A DNA stretch of 34,392 nt from a virus (IMGVR_UViG_3300017651_000198:1-34392), one strand, 5' to 3'; positions 1-7,698 are shown, counted from the stretch's first letter. Numbers and translations are program-made. Notes: generated by a model not told the origin, from the sequence alone.

Positions 1-1428
1 CTAGATCCGCCCGCACCCGACGGCATCCCGATCGCCGTGGGCGCAGGACGAAATTGCCGGGGAGTGGCTCAGCTTGGTAGAGCACCTCGTTCGGGACGAG
101 GGGGTCGCAGGTTCAAATCCTGTCTCCCCGACCAAATCAAAGCCTCGTAAGGAGCGATTCTTACGGGGCTTTTTTATGTCGCGGAGCGTCACGATCGGCC
201 GGTGTGACAGCACTGTGCCAGGCTCGCCCCCGCCGGCAGCCGCCCGGATCTCCACCACCTGCCCCTCCCTGACGGCGATCCCGATACACGAGACCGCGCG
301 GCAGAGCGTCTCCCACCGCAGGGACGTGTAGTCCGCGACGATGTCGCTCTTCTTCTTCGTGTGGGTGATCTCCCGGAGGACGTCGCGCACGGCACCGTCG
401 TCCTGGGCGATGGAGATCATGGTCCGCCGGAGGTCGTGAAGGCGGCGCCGGGGGAGGCCAAGGCGGACCAGGTCTTCGTGCAGCCGGCGCAGCGCGCGGA
501 TGCCGGAGCGATGCTTCGCCAGGTCGTCGCTCGAGGGGAGGAGGAGGTCCTCTCCTTCGGGCGCCCTGCCGTACTCGGCCGGCCAGCCCTCGAGGCGCCA
601 GGTCGCCAGGATCTTCGCCAGGGTGGGGTGGACGGGCACCAACCTCGTCGCGCCCGTCTTGGTCCGACCTAGCTTGGTCTTCTTCCGCTTCCGCGAGACG
701 GCCTGGGCGACGGTGAGGCGGCCGAGGGGCTTGGTGGTGGTGTCGTAGCTGCGCCACCGGAGCGCCGCGAGCTCGCCCCACCGCAGGCCCCCGAGGCCGA
801 GGATCGCGTAGGTCACCCGCCGGTGCAGGGGAATGTCCGGGTGGGAGATCAGCAGCTCGAGCTCCGCCCGGGTGAACACCGCGCCCGCTCTCCACTCCGG
901 ATCCTTGTCCACCACTTCGGGGAGATCCTCGCGATCGAGGACGAAGGGCGACGTGACGATCAGCTCCTCGCGCACCGCGCCCCGAAGGAGCTGGCGCAAG
1001 GTGGTCGCGATGTGACGCACCGTCCGCGGCGCCAGCGTCCCTCCTCGATTCGACTCCACGGTCGACAGGCCCGCGACGAAGAGGCGCACCTTCCGCGGCC
1101 GCAGGTCGGCGAGGGGAACGTCGCCCAGCTTCGGGTAGACATACCGCTCGAGGCGCTTGCGATCCTCGCCCGCCATCGCGAGGTCGCGGGCCTCGCGGCG
1201 CTCGAGCCAGCGGGCGCCCCACTGCCGGACGGTGATGGTCTTCGGATCGACGCCGAGCTCCTCGCCGGCTCTCACCCGCGCGAGCATCGCCCGCAGCATC
1301 ACCTCGGCCTCGCGCTCCTGCCCCACCTCGAGGCCGGTCGACTGCCGCCGGCGCTTTCCTGTTTCGTCGTCGTAGTCGAGCCAGAGCTTGGCTCCTCGAC
1401 GGACGACGCGGCCTCTCCCCACCGCCAT
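1..1428 (-). CDS. int: Tyrosine recombinase (phage integrase); C-terminus extends across the att site and antisense tRNA
   Basis: Catalytic motifs GLRWGEL (R), KTG (K), HDLRR (HxxR), THT (H), ADY (Y at 328-330). N-terminal arm-binding-like segment (WLDYDDETGKRRRQSTG). GGAGG RBS before ATG 1428 (GTG 1434 is an alternative start). Confidence 0.93.
   Translation of the reverse strand: MAVGRGRVVRRGAKLWLDYDDETGKRRRQSTGLEVGQEREAEVMLRAMLARVRAGEELGVDPKTITVRQWGARWLERREARDLAMAGEDRKRLERYVYPKLGDVPLADLRPRKVRLFVAGLSTVESNRGGTLAPRTVRHIATTLRQLLRGAVREELIVTSPFVLDREDLPEVVDKDPEWRAGAVFTRAELELLISHPDIPLHRRVTYAILGLGGLRWGELAALRWRSYDTTTKPLGRLTVAQAVSRKRKKTKLGRTKTGATRLVPVHPTLAKILATWRLEGWPAEYGRAPEGEDLLLPSSDDLAKHRSGIRALRRLHEDLVRLGLPRRRLHDLRRTMISIAQDDGAVRDVLREITHTKKKSDIVADYTSLRWETLCRAVSCIGIAVREGQVVEIRAAAGGGEPGTVLSHRPIVTLRDIKKPRKNRSLRGFDLVGETGFEPATPSSRTRCSTKLSHSPAISSCAHGDRDAVGCGRI
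58..134 (+). tRNA. trnP: tRNA-Pro (anticodon CGG), host integration target
   Basis: Full cloverleaf: acceptor CGGGGAG/CTCCCCG, D arm GCTC..GAGC, anticodon arm CCTCG-TT CGG GA-CGAGG (anticodon 92-94), T loop TTCAAAT, encoded ACCA end. Confidence 0.97.
141..175 (+). terminator. Intrinsic terminator downstream of the tRNA (possibly bidirectional)
   Basis: Stem AGCCTCGTAAG (141-151) / CTTACGGGGCT (160-170) with one G-U pair, followed by a T run to 175. Confidence 0.85.
203..221. promoter_or_regulatory. Candidate integrase arm-type binding sites
   Basis: Direct repeat TGTGACAG (203-210) / TGTGCCAG (214-221), 11-bp spacing, about 70 bp inside the att junction. Confidence 0.35.
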
Positions 1429-1430
1429 GA

Positions 1431-1781
1431 TCACCTCCGGCGCGCGAGCATGCGCACGACGGCCGCCTCTGGATCAACCGGGGCCGGGCGTTCAGTCCGC
1501 CGGCGCATCGCCTCTTCGACCTCCGAGATCCGAACCCGGTGGTGCCCGCGCTTGGCGCCGGCGCGCCGCTCCGGAAGCTTTCCGGTTCGGATCATCGCGA
1601 GGATGGTATCGGCCGAGCATCCGCAGGCCTTCGCCGCGACCGCCACAGGTACGAGCTCGTCAGCGTGCGACTTCGCCGGCGGCGGAGTGGGCGCTGCCCG
1701 GGCGGCCCCGCGGGCGGCGGCCTCCTCGAGGAGCTCCTCCAGCTCGGCGCGCGTCAGGGTCACGACCTGCACTGCGCTCAT
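1431..1781 (-). CDS. xis: Excisionase-like HTH (HTH_17/MerR-like) DNA-binding protein
   Basis: VPVAVAAKACGCSADTILAMIRTGKLP...HRVRISEVE winged HTH; lies directly upstream of int. Confidence 0.8.
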   Translation of the reverse strand: MSAVQVVTLTRAELEELLEEAAARGAARAAPTPPPAKSHADELVPVAVAAKACGCSADTILAMIRTGKLPERRAGAKRGHHRVRISEVEEAMRRRTERPAPVDPEAAVVRMLARRR

Positions 1782-2059
1782 GGGGTCCCTCCGAGACGTT
1801 TCACCCTCGGGTAGGCGATATCGAGCAGCTTGTCGTGCTCCGCGAAGAGCCGGTCGATCTCCTTCTGCCTGGCACTCCATCTCGGATCGCTCGGCGGGAT
1901 CCGCAGAAGCTCCTGGGTGCGCGCGGAGTTCGCCTTCAGCTTCCGCTCGGCAGCGATCTGCTTCGCCTCCTGGAGCAGCTCCTCCCACATCTTCGGCGAG
2001 AGGAGGAACCTGCGGCAGAGCGCTTCCTTCCAGTCGGCGCCCGTGACGTCGATCTTCAT
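1778..2059 (-). CDS. Hypothetical phage protein
   Basis: MKIDVTGADW...; ATGA overlaps with both neighbours. Confidence 0.6.
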   Translation of the reverse strand: MKIDVTGADWKEALCRRFLLSPKMWEELLQEAKQIAAERKLKANSARTQELLRIPPSDPRWSARQKEIDRLFAEHDKLLDIAYPRVKRLGGTP

Positions 2060-2271
2060 GCCCACCCGACCTTCTTCGCGCGGTGGTGCGGTACGCAGAC
2101 CAGGCGCCCATCTCGCAGCTTCCACGGTCGACGGGTGCAGAACCCGTGCTTCGTTCTCGCCTCGCACTGGAGGCGCTTCGAGCAGGCGGACAGGGTTGTG
2201 AGCAACTCCGTGATGTAGGCCTGGTCGATACGCATCAGGCGCTTCGCTTCCTCGCAATCGGCGCAGATCAT
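2056..2271 (-). CDS. Small Cys-rich hypothetical protein (possible Zn finger)
   Basis: CADC, C..C..CVPHH motifs; translationally coupled to neighbours. Confidence 0.55.
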   Translation of the reverse strand: MICADCEEAKRLMRIDQAYITELLTTLSACSKRLQCEARTKHGFCTRRPWKLRDGRLVCVPHHRAKKVGWA

Positions 2272-2528
2272 CGCCTACCTCCGGGAATGCTGGTAAGGCG
2301 CGGCCTGGGCCGAGGGCCCGCCGGCGGGAAGGCCTCCGGGAAGTCAATCCGGGCGGCAGCGAGAAGCCGGGGCGGCACCCACCGGCCCTCGACGATCCGG
2401 CGCGCGAGGTCCTGCGCGCTCCGCCTGGCATCGGCGCGGCGCACCCGTCGCCAGGCGATGAAGACCATGATCCCCACGTATGCCGTGAGCAGCGCGAGGG
2501 CGAGGAAGATGCGGACGGTGGGGCTCAT
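2268..2528 (-). CDS. Small membrane-anchored hypothetical protein
   Basis: MSPTVRIFLALALLTAYVGIMVFIAWRR: one TM helix followed by a basic tail; ATGA coupling. Confidence 0.6.
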   Translation of the reverse strand: MSPTVRIFLALALLTAYVGIMVFIAWRRVRRADARRSAQDLARRIVEGRWVPPRLLAAARIDFPEAFPPAGPRPRPRLTSIPGGRR

Positions 2529-2830
2529 GCCTGCGGCCTCGTGCGGACGACGTGGGCCATCGTCCTGTCGTACTCGGACAGCACCGTGTCTCCCTTGGCT
2601 TGCAGCTCGGCTTCCCAAGCGCCCGCCGCCGCGATCAGCAACCCGAGCGCGCACCCCACAGCAGCTTCGCTCTTGTCGTCGATCGCGCGTCTGACCAGAG
2701 CTTTGAACGCCTGGCCCTCGCGCGAGTCGTCGAACGCGGGGATGGTGCGGATCAAGTTGTAGATGGCGCCGAGCGCGAAGGTGTTGGCCTGGTGGTCCGA
2801 GAGGACGTGTGCTCCTTCAGGTAGCTTCAT
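2525..2830 (-). CDS. Hypothetical phage protein
   Basis: 101-aa ORF, GAGGAG RBS, coupled to the downstream gene. Confidence 0.65.
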   Translation of the reverse strand: MKLPEGAHVLSDHQANTFALGAIYNLIRTIPAFDDSREGQAFKALVRRAIDDKSEAAVGCALGLLIAAAGAWEAELQAKGDTVLSEYDRTMAHVVRTRPQA

Positions 2831-2843
2831 GGATCGTCACTCC

Positions 2844-3128
2844 TCACGCTGCGTGGCGCGCAGCCAGGCCCGGTAGCGCTCGAGCTTTGAGCCGCGATCC
2901 GGGAGGGGGGGGGGTAGCGAAGAGGGCTTCCTGGGCCGGCTCCGTGCGCGGAGCGAGCTTCCCGACGAGGCCACCCGACCCGACACAGGCGATGACCCGC
3001 TTCCGGTCGGCGTGCCCCAGGGGTCGGTGGGTGACGAGCTGCCAGCGACCGCGCGGCGCCGGGAGGGCGGAGACGCGACGGTTGCAGATCGGGCAGCTCT
3101 GCTTCGACGGCTTGCGCAGCTCGGTCAC
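2844..3128 (-). CDS. Hypothetical protein with CxxC/H/C motif
   Basis: CPIC...H...CVGSG; GTGA coupling; contains a 10-nt G/C homopolymer. Confidence 0.5.
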   Translation of the reverse strand: MTELRKPSKQSCPICNRRVSALPAPRGRWQLVTHRPLGHADRKRVIACVGSGGLVGKLAPRTEPAQEALFATPPPPGSRLKARALPGLAARHAA

Positions 3129-3394
3129 GACATGACCTCCGGTGGAGCCTTGAACGCCACGTCGCAGAAATCGGCCGCCGCGCGCCGAAGCTCGGCGCCG
3201 AGCTCGGGCGGATGGCCACGCGACCAGCGCTCGAAGATGGCGGCCATGGTGAGCATGAAGACCGCTTGGCCGCGGACGTCGCCCTGCGGCACCAGCTCAG
3301 CCATCAGCGCCTCGAGGCGGCGCCAGGTCGTGCGCACTTCGACGCCGGTGATGATGCCCTCGCGGGGGAAGACAGGACGGTCGCTCATCGGCAT
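3125..3394 (-). CDS. Hypothetical phage protein
   Basis: 89-aa ORF in the coupled leftward operon. Confidence 0.55.
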   Translation of the reverse strand: MPMSDRPVFPREGIITGVEVRTTWRRLEALMAELVPQGDVRGQAVFMLTMAAIFERWSRGHPPELGAELRRAAADFCDVAFKAPPEVMS

Positions 3395-3624
3395 CAGCCC
3401 ACCACCTTCCTGGCCTCGTCGATGGCCTCCTCGAGCTGGGTGCGGGCGGTGTTCCTCGCCTGCTCCGCTGACCGAAGCCGGGCGAGGTGAGCCTGCAGTT
3501 GGTCGGGGTTCATCGCTCTTCGGGCGTTGATCCCCGAGAGGACGTTGATCTGCCGCTGCGCCGCCTCGCGCTTGTCGACGGCGCCGACGATCCGCGCGAG
3601 GAGCTCGCGGTGAATGTCACCCAT
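3394..3624 (-). CDS. Small coiled-coil hypothetical protein
   Basis: MGDIHRELLARIV...; GAGG RBS; helical composition. Confidence 0.6.
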   Translation of the reverse strand: MGDIHRELLARIVGAVDKREAAQRQINVLSGINARRAMNPDQLQAHLARLRSAEQARNTARTQLEEAIDEARKVVG

Positions 3625-4006
3625 CGCTGGCCTCCTCTCCGGAGGCCTTCGCGATCGCCTCCTCGAGGGCGCGGAGGACGCGGGTCGCCTCGCGCCCGTC
3701 GTCGCTGTCCGGGTGGATCTGCCCGTCGCCCAGGGCGGCGTCGAGGACGGCCACCGCGTCCCGGCCGGCGGCGAGGAGCGAGGGCCCCGCCACCATCGCC
3801 GGGGTCGGGTTGACGTCCCCGTTCTCCTCGGCGCCGTAGGCGTCGAAGAGGGCGAGGACGTCTCGGGTGTTCTCCGGTCCCACCGCAAGGACGAGGGCGA
3901 AGCGGGGCTCGCCCTCGTCGGTCTCGCCGACCGTGCGGACGAAGCCCGCGTTGAGATCCAGCATCTCCTTCACGACCTGGTTCATCGTCTTCGTTCCGTC
4001 GATCAC
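3617..4006 (-). CDS. Hypothetical phage protein
   Basis: GTG start at 4006 (VIDGTKTMNQ...) with GAAGGAG RBS; overlaps the upstream stop. Confidence 0.6.
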   Translation of the reverse strand: MIDGTKTMNQVVKEMLDLNAGFVRTVGETDEGEPRFALVLAVGPENTRDVLALFDAYGAEENGDVNPTPAMVAGPSLLAAGRDAVAVLDAALGDGQIHPDSDDGREATRVLRALEEAIAKASGEEASDG

Positions 4007-4584
4007 GGCGTCTCCTTCCTGGCTTGGGCGTGGACCTGCGCCATGGCCCGAGCGATGGCCGTCTCGTTCCCGTCCGCCTCGAGGGCGAGGAGGAAGAGCA
4101 GGCAGCACACCGCGTGGGCGAGGTGGGGGAGCTGGGTTTCGGGATCGATGGACTCCGTCCGGCGCCAGGCCGTCAGGTGGCGCATCGCCGCGGCGAAGTA
4201 CCGGTCCTCGGCGCGGGTGACGGATGCCCAGTTCCACTCGCCGTACTTCCTGGCGCCGTGGCCGAGGACTCTCACCACCAGCTCGAGAGCTTCGAAGGGG
4301 ACCAGGTCCCACCGGAGCTTTTCGCCGTCGTCCTTCCGGCCGGACGGGGGCGGGAGGTGCCCCCGGTGGTTCCCTTCGTGGCCCAGGTCGCGGCCGCACC
4401 GAACCCCTGGGAGGAGCTCGGCGTTGCAGGCCTTCGGGCGCTCGGGGAACGACGCGACCTGGGGCGACGAGTAGAGGAGCGGCCAGGAGCAGCCGTCGGA
4501 GTAGTGGTTGCCGGAGTGTCCCTCCTCGAGGGCGCACTGGAAGTTCCGCCCGCCGCGATCGACGTGGGATGGGCACCTGATCAT
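4003..4584 (-). CDS. dATP/dGTP diphosphohydrolase domain protein (DUF5664-like) with N-terminal Cys/His repeats
   Basis: GRKDDGEKLRWDLVP...VLGHGARKYGEWNW...RYFAAAMRHLTAW...DPETQLPHLAHAVCCLLFL signature. Confidence 0.85.
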   Translation of the reverse strand: MIRCPSHVDRGGRNFQCALEEGHSGNHYSDGCSWPLLYSSPQVASFPERPKACNAELLPGVRCGRDLGHEGNHRGHLPPPSGRKDDGEKLRWDLVPFEALELVVRVLGHGARKYGEWNWASVTRAEDRYFAAAMRHLTAWRRTESIDPETQLPHLAHAVCCLLFLLALEADGNETAIARAMAQVHAQARKETP

Positions 4585-4838
4585 GCCGCCGCTCCCTTCT
4601 CCTCGCGGGGGAGGGCCATGTCGAGCTGGGCAAGCTCGACAATACGGGCGACATGCGGCACGGCGGGATCCGCGGGCGACGGGCACGGCCGCCCGATCGT
4701 GAAGCCGGCCACCTGGGCCTCGTGACCGCAGAGGTGGCAGCGGAAGACGGCGATCCGGTGCGCCGGATGCCGCTCCCAGGACAACACGTCCACCGAGCTG
4801 GACTGGCACTCGATACAGAAAACGACGGCGATGCTCAT
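4581..4838 (-). CDS. Zinc-ribbon hypothetical protein
   Basis: CIEC...CHLCG pair. Confidence 0.6.
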   Translation of the reverse strand: MSIAVVFCIECQSSSVDVLSWERHPAHRIAVFRCHLCGHEAQVAGFTIGRPCPSPADPAVPHVARIVELAQLDMALPREEKGAAA

Positions 4839-4842
4839 GGTG

Positions 4843-5610
4843 TCAGTCTCCGGCGTAGTTGGGGTTCGTGCGGCGGGCGTCGGACTCGGCGCGCTGGATC
4901 CGCTCGCGAGCTCGCGCCCACTCCGGTTCGAGCGCCGCGCGTAAGGGATGGTCCTTCGGGACCTCGCGGTCGAAGTCGGCCCACACCTGGCGCAGTCCGC
5001 CGAGGTCCGGTGGTGCCTGGATGCGCTTCGTCCACGCGGCGATCACCGTGGCGTCGACGGCGCCCTGGCTCTCGCCGGACTGCTTTGCCGGTGGCGGCTT
5101 CCGCTGTTGCTGGCCCTGCGGCTTCCCCTGTGCCTGGCGCTGGCCCTGCTGCTTCGCCTGGCCCTGTGGAGGCTGCCGGCCCTGCGGCTCCTGCCGCGTC
5201 TGCTGTCGCTGCCCGCCGTGCCCCTGCGAGCTCGCGGCCTGGCCGTCGTCGTCCTCGGCGGCGAGGCCCACGATCGCGATGAGGGCGTACTTCCGGACGT
5301 AGGTGAGGGCGGACCCGAGGCGCTGCGGGTCGGACTCCGGCGGCACGGGTAGGGTGCTCGCCGCCCACTGCCCGGAGGTGTGCGCGAGTGTCGTCACCAA
5401 CTCCAGGCCGAGCTCGGTGCGCCGGGTCGCCTGAAGCACGCAAAGGCCGTTGTCGGTGAGAGGGCTGCGGCAGGCATCCCAGATGTCCGCCAGGTCGGCG
5501 TACTTGTACCCCTTGAAGTCGTTGACGCTGCCCTTGCGCACCGGCCGCAGCGCGGCCTGCGCCTTCACCAGGGCGGCGATCAGCTCCGTTCTCTCGTTGG
5601 ACCACTCCAT
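4843..5610 (-). CDS. erf: ERF family single-strand annealing protein
   Basis: ELIAALVKAQ...YKYADL...TTLAHTSGQW...Q.LGSALTY.RKYAL.AIVG...DDDG; Gln-rich linker. Confidence 0.9.
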   Translation of the reverse strand: MEWSNERTELIAALVKAQAALRPVRKGSVNDFKGYKYADLADIWDACRSPLTDNGLCVLQATRRTELGLELVTTLAHTSGQWAASTLPVPPESDPQRLGSALTYVRKYALIAIVGLAAEDDDGQAASSQGHGGQRQQTRQEPQGRQPPQGQAKQQGQRQAQGKPQGQQQRKPPPAKQSGESQGAVDATVIAAWTKRIQAPPDLGGLRQVWADFDREVPKDHPLRAALEPEWARARERIQRAESDARRTNPNYAGD

Positions 5611-6311
5611 CACGCCGCTCCCTTGGGCTCGGGCGGCCCGAGTCGCGCTTCCTCGATCCGCTGCTGAATGGCTTCGACCACACGCGCAGGAACCACGTTG
5701 TCGTGGTGGAGGTTCGCGGGCTGGTTATCGCCGCTGGACACCACAGCGCTGGTCGGGATCGCGGGGTACAGGAGCGAGAGGCGCACCAGCTCTCCGGGCG
5801 GCCGGGTGTCATGCTCGAAGGCGTGCGCGAGCAGTCGGGCACGGTGGCGGGCCTCGTCGCGCTCGAGCTGAACCTTGCCGGCGACGCGGATCCAACCGGT
5901 GAGGTCGCGCTCCGTCCTCTCGACTTCGGCGCGGAGGCGCTCCGCCTCACCCTCGGCGGACTCGCGGTCGGCTCGCAGTCGTTCCAGCTCGACGCGGAGC
6001 TGCTCGGTCCGCTGGGAGTTACCTTCGAGCCAGAGCTTGTCGTTCCGCCGGATCTGGTCGGCGAGCTCGGTGCGGAGGCGGTCTCGCTCGGCGACGATCC
6101 GCCGGGCGCGGTCGTGGCCGGAGCCCGTTACCTCGCCGGCGCCCTCCAGGATCTCGAACATCTCCGAGGCCGCGGCCGACTGCCGGGCGACGGCAGCGCG
6201 AAGACCGTCCCGCTCCTTCACCACGCATGTGAGGCAGACGGGGCCCTCGGCCGTGGACTCCCAGGACGGGCAGTGCTGGTCGCAGCGGCAGCAGCGGGGA
6301 AGGGCGCTCAT
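5610..6311 (-). CDS. Hypothetical protein: N-terminal Zn finger plus long coiled coil
   Basis: CCRC...CLTC followed by heptad-like ERDRLR/EAERLR repeats. Confidence 0.65.
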   Translation of the reverse strand: MSALPRCCRCDQHCPSWESTAEGPVCLTCVVKERDGLRAAVARQSAAASEMFEILEGAGEVTGSGHDRARRIVAERDRLRTELADQIRRNDKLWLEGNSQRTEQLRVELERLRADRESAEGEAERLRAEVERTERDLTGWIRVAGKVQLERDEARHRARLLAHAFEHDTRPPGELVRLSLLYPAIPTSAVVSSGDNQPANLHHDNVVPARVVEAIQQRIEEARLGPPEPKGAA

Positions 6312-6622
6312 CGGTTCGCCTCGAGCCAGCGATCGACGGTGCCTTCGGCAAGGGCGACCATCAGCGTCCCGACCAGACGCAGGCGCCGAGGGTCGAGCGA
6401 GTACAGGAGCTCATCCGCGGGGATGCGGCCCTGCCCGTTCCAGCAATCGAACGCGAAGCGGAGGATCACGCGCCCGCCGGAGGACAGGTAGCCGCCGTCC
6501 TCCTCGAGGAGCTGGCATGCCTCGCCCGTGGGGCCGCGGTCGGTCCACAGGTCGCCGTGGCCGATGGACCGCAGGAGGGCTCGCGCGGCGTCGGACCGCT
6601 GCTGCTCGGTGGACCAGCTCAC
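6308..6622 (-). CDS. Hypothetical phage protein
   Basis: 104-aa ORF with 4-nt overlaps at both ends. Confidence 0.6.
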   Translation of the reverse strand: MSWSTEQQRSDAARALLRSIGHGDLWTDRGPTGEACQLLEEDGGYLSSGGRVILRFAFDCWNGQGRIPADELLYSLDPRRLRLVGTLMVALAEGTVDRWLEANR

Positions 6623-6819
6623 GCTGCCCTCGCCTCGTCGCGCTGCTTGACGATCGCGCGGACGTCGCGGACCCAGTACTCCCAGGCCTGCATCGAGTCG
6701 CGGACGTGCTCCTGGGTCTGGTCGAAGAGGTCGAGGTGGCCGGCGTGGTACAGCGCCGCGAGGAACTCGGCGCGCTTCGGATCGATGCTGCGAAGAGGGC
6801 TTTCGGTGGGCTTGCTCAT
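6619..6819 (-). CDS. Hypothetical protein, first gene of the leftward early operon
   Basis: GGGAG RBS, just downstream of the PL-like promoter. Confidence 0.6.
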   Translation of the reverse strand: MSKPTESPLRSIDPKRAEFLAALYHAGHLDLFDQTQEHVRDSMQAWEYWVRDVRAIVKQRDEARAA

Positions 6820-6857
6820 CGGGCGGTTCTCCCAGCGCTCTTGGTGAGCGCCGAGAG

Positions 6858-6886
6858 ACGGTAACTGATTAGTTACGATTTGCCAA
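6858..6886 (-). promoter_or_regulatory. PL-like sigma70 promoter containing operator OL1
   Basis: Minus strand TTGGCA-N17-TACCGT; palindromic GTAACTGATTAGTTAC (6861-6876) fills the spacer and overlaps the -10. Confidence 0.7.
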
Positions 6887-7103
6887 GAGCAGGGCTGTTG
6901 ATCTCCGTATCTTGTCGATTACCTTGCGTTTCCCCATGCTCCCCCAGGAGCGCCTCGAGCAGGTCTGCTGCGGCGTTGTGCGCCTCGAGGGTGAGGCCAT
7001 CGCCCGCGGTGAAAGTCGTGCCGTCGGCGATGATTGCGGCGGGGCCGCCTAGGTCCCGCAGCCGTCGCCGGCTTCGTCTGGAAGGGTGATCTGCATGCGA
7101 CAT
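6873..7103 (-). CDS. Possible small protein downstream of the repressor
   Basis: MSHADHPSRR... with a GAGGG RBS, but its 3' end overlaps PL and the operators. Confidence 0.3.
   Translation of the reverse strand: MSHADHPSRRSRRRLRDLGGPAAIIADGTTFTAGDGLTLEAHNAAADLLEALLGEHGETQGNRQDTEINSPALGKS
6907..6922. promoter_or_regulatory. Second operator (OL2)
   Basis: Reverse complement GTAATCGACAAGATAC matches the operator at 7680-7695 at 12/16 positions. Confidence 0.55.
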
Positions 7104-7178
7104 GGAGAGTCCCTCTCGTGAGTGAGAAGGGACCATCCGCCGCACGGTGGCGCCTGTCACATTTGCGACAGCCTAGGC

Positions 7179-7610
7179 CTAGAGTTCCCCGCGCCGTGCC
7201 TTGATCAGGTTCACAAGCGTCGTGAAGGTCGGCTCCACTTCGAGCCACTTGAGGTCGCCGAGCCGGAGCAAATAGGCCAGCTCCTCCTCTGTCGCCCCGA
7301 TGGCGCGCGCCAAGTCGCTCTCTCGGAACCCCTCGACCAGAGGCGCGATCGGGGACACCCCGTGCGCAGGCTTCGCCAGCTCGGCGAGGGGGACCTCGAG
7401 AGCGTCCGCCAACCGCTGCTGCGTCTCCAGGGATGGGGTCTGCACTGCGCCAGTTTCAATGCGGGCGATGTAGACGCGGGACCCCCATCCGCTCTTCGCG
7501 GCGAGCTCGTCCTGACTGAGGCCCCGCGCGGTGCGGAGGCGCCGGACGTTCAGCCCGATGATGCTGGGCCGGAACGCTTTTCGGTCGGTGGGCATGGAGC
7601 GCGCGAGCAT
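7179..7610 (-). CDS. CI-like XRE-family HTH repressor (no S24 peptidase domain)
   Basis: IGLNVRRLRTARGLSQDELAAKSG..RVYIARIETG...PSLET..RLADALEV; divergent from the cro-like gene; AAGGGGG RBS. Confidence 0.88.
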   Translation of the reverse strand: MLARSMPTDRKAFRPSIIGLNVRRLRTARGLSQDELAAKSGWGSRVYIARIETGAVQTPSLETQQRLADALEVPLAELAKPAHGVSPIAPLVEGFRESDLARAIGATEEELAYLLRLGDLKWLEVEPTFTTLVNLIKARRGEL

Positions 7611-7668
7611 ATAGACCCCCTTGGAGCGGTAAAGATCGGGACCAGTTACGTTTCCCACCGCACTCCGC

Positions 7669-7698
7669 TTGCGGTTTCGGTAATCGTTCAGTTACCTT
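7669..7698 (+). promoter_or_regulatory. PR-like promoter containing operator OR
   Basis: TTGCGG-N18-TACCTT; operator GTAATCGTTCAGTTAC (7680-7695) matches OL1 at 12/16 positions and overlaps the -10 in the same way. Confidence 0.65.

Noticed and set aside
161-2046. Alternative long ORFs 161-1477 (-) and 823-2046 (+)
   Set aside because: They overlap int/xis, have low-complexity translations and no recognisable domain.
4003-4584. Z-base (2-aminoadenine) or 7-deazaguanine modification system
   Set aside because: Only the diphosphohydrolase is present; no PurZ, polymerase, DpdA or Que enzymes are in the window.
5090-5230. Repetitive GCCCTG/CTGCTG DNA in erf
   Set aside because: Explained by the Gln/Gly-rich protein linker (QGRQ, QGQA, QGKP); codon-phased, not a DNA element.
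7676-7692. GTTCAG resembling the Myxococcus LexA box half-site
   Set aside because: The left half does not match, and the sequence is better explained as the phage operator.
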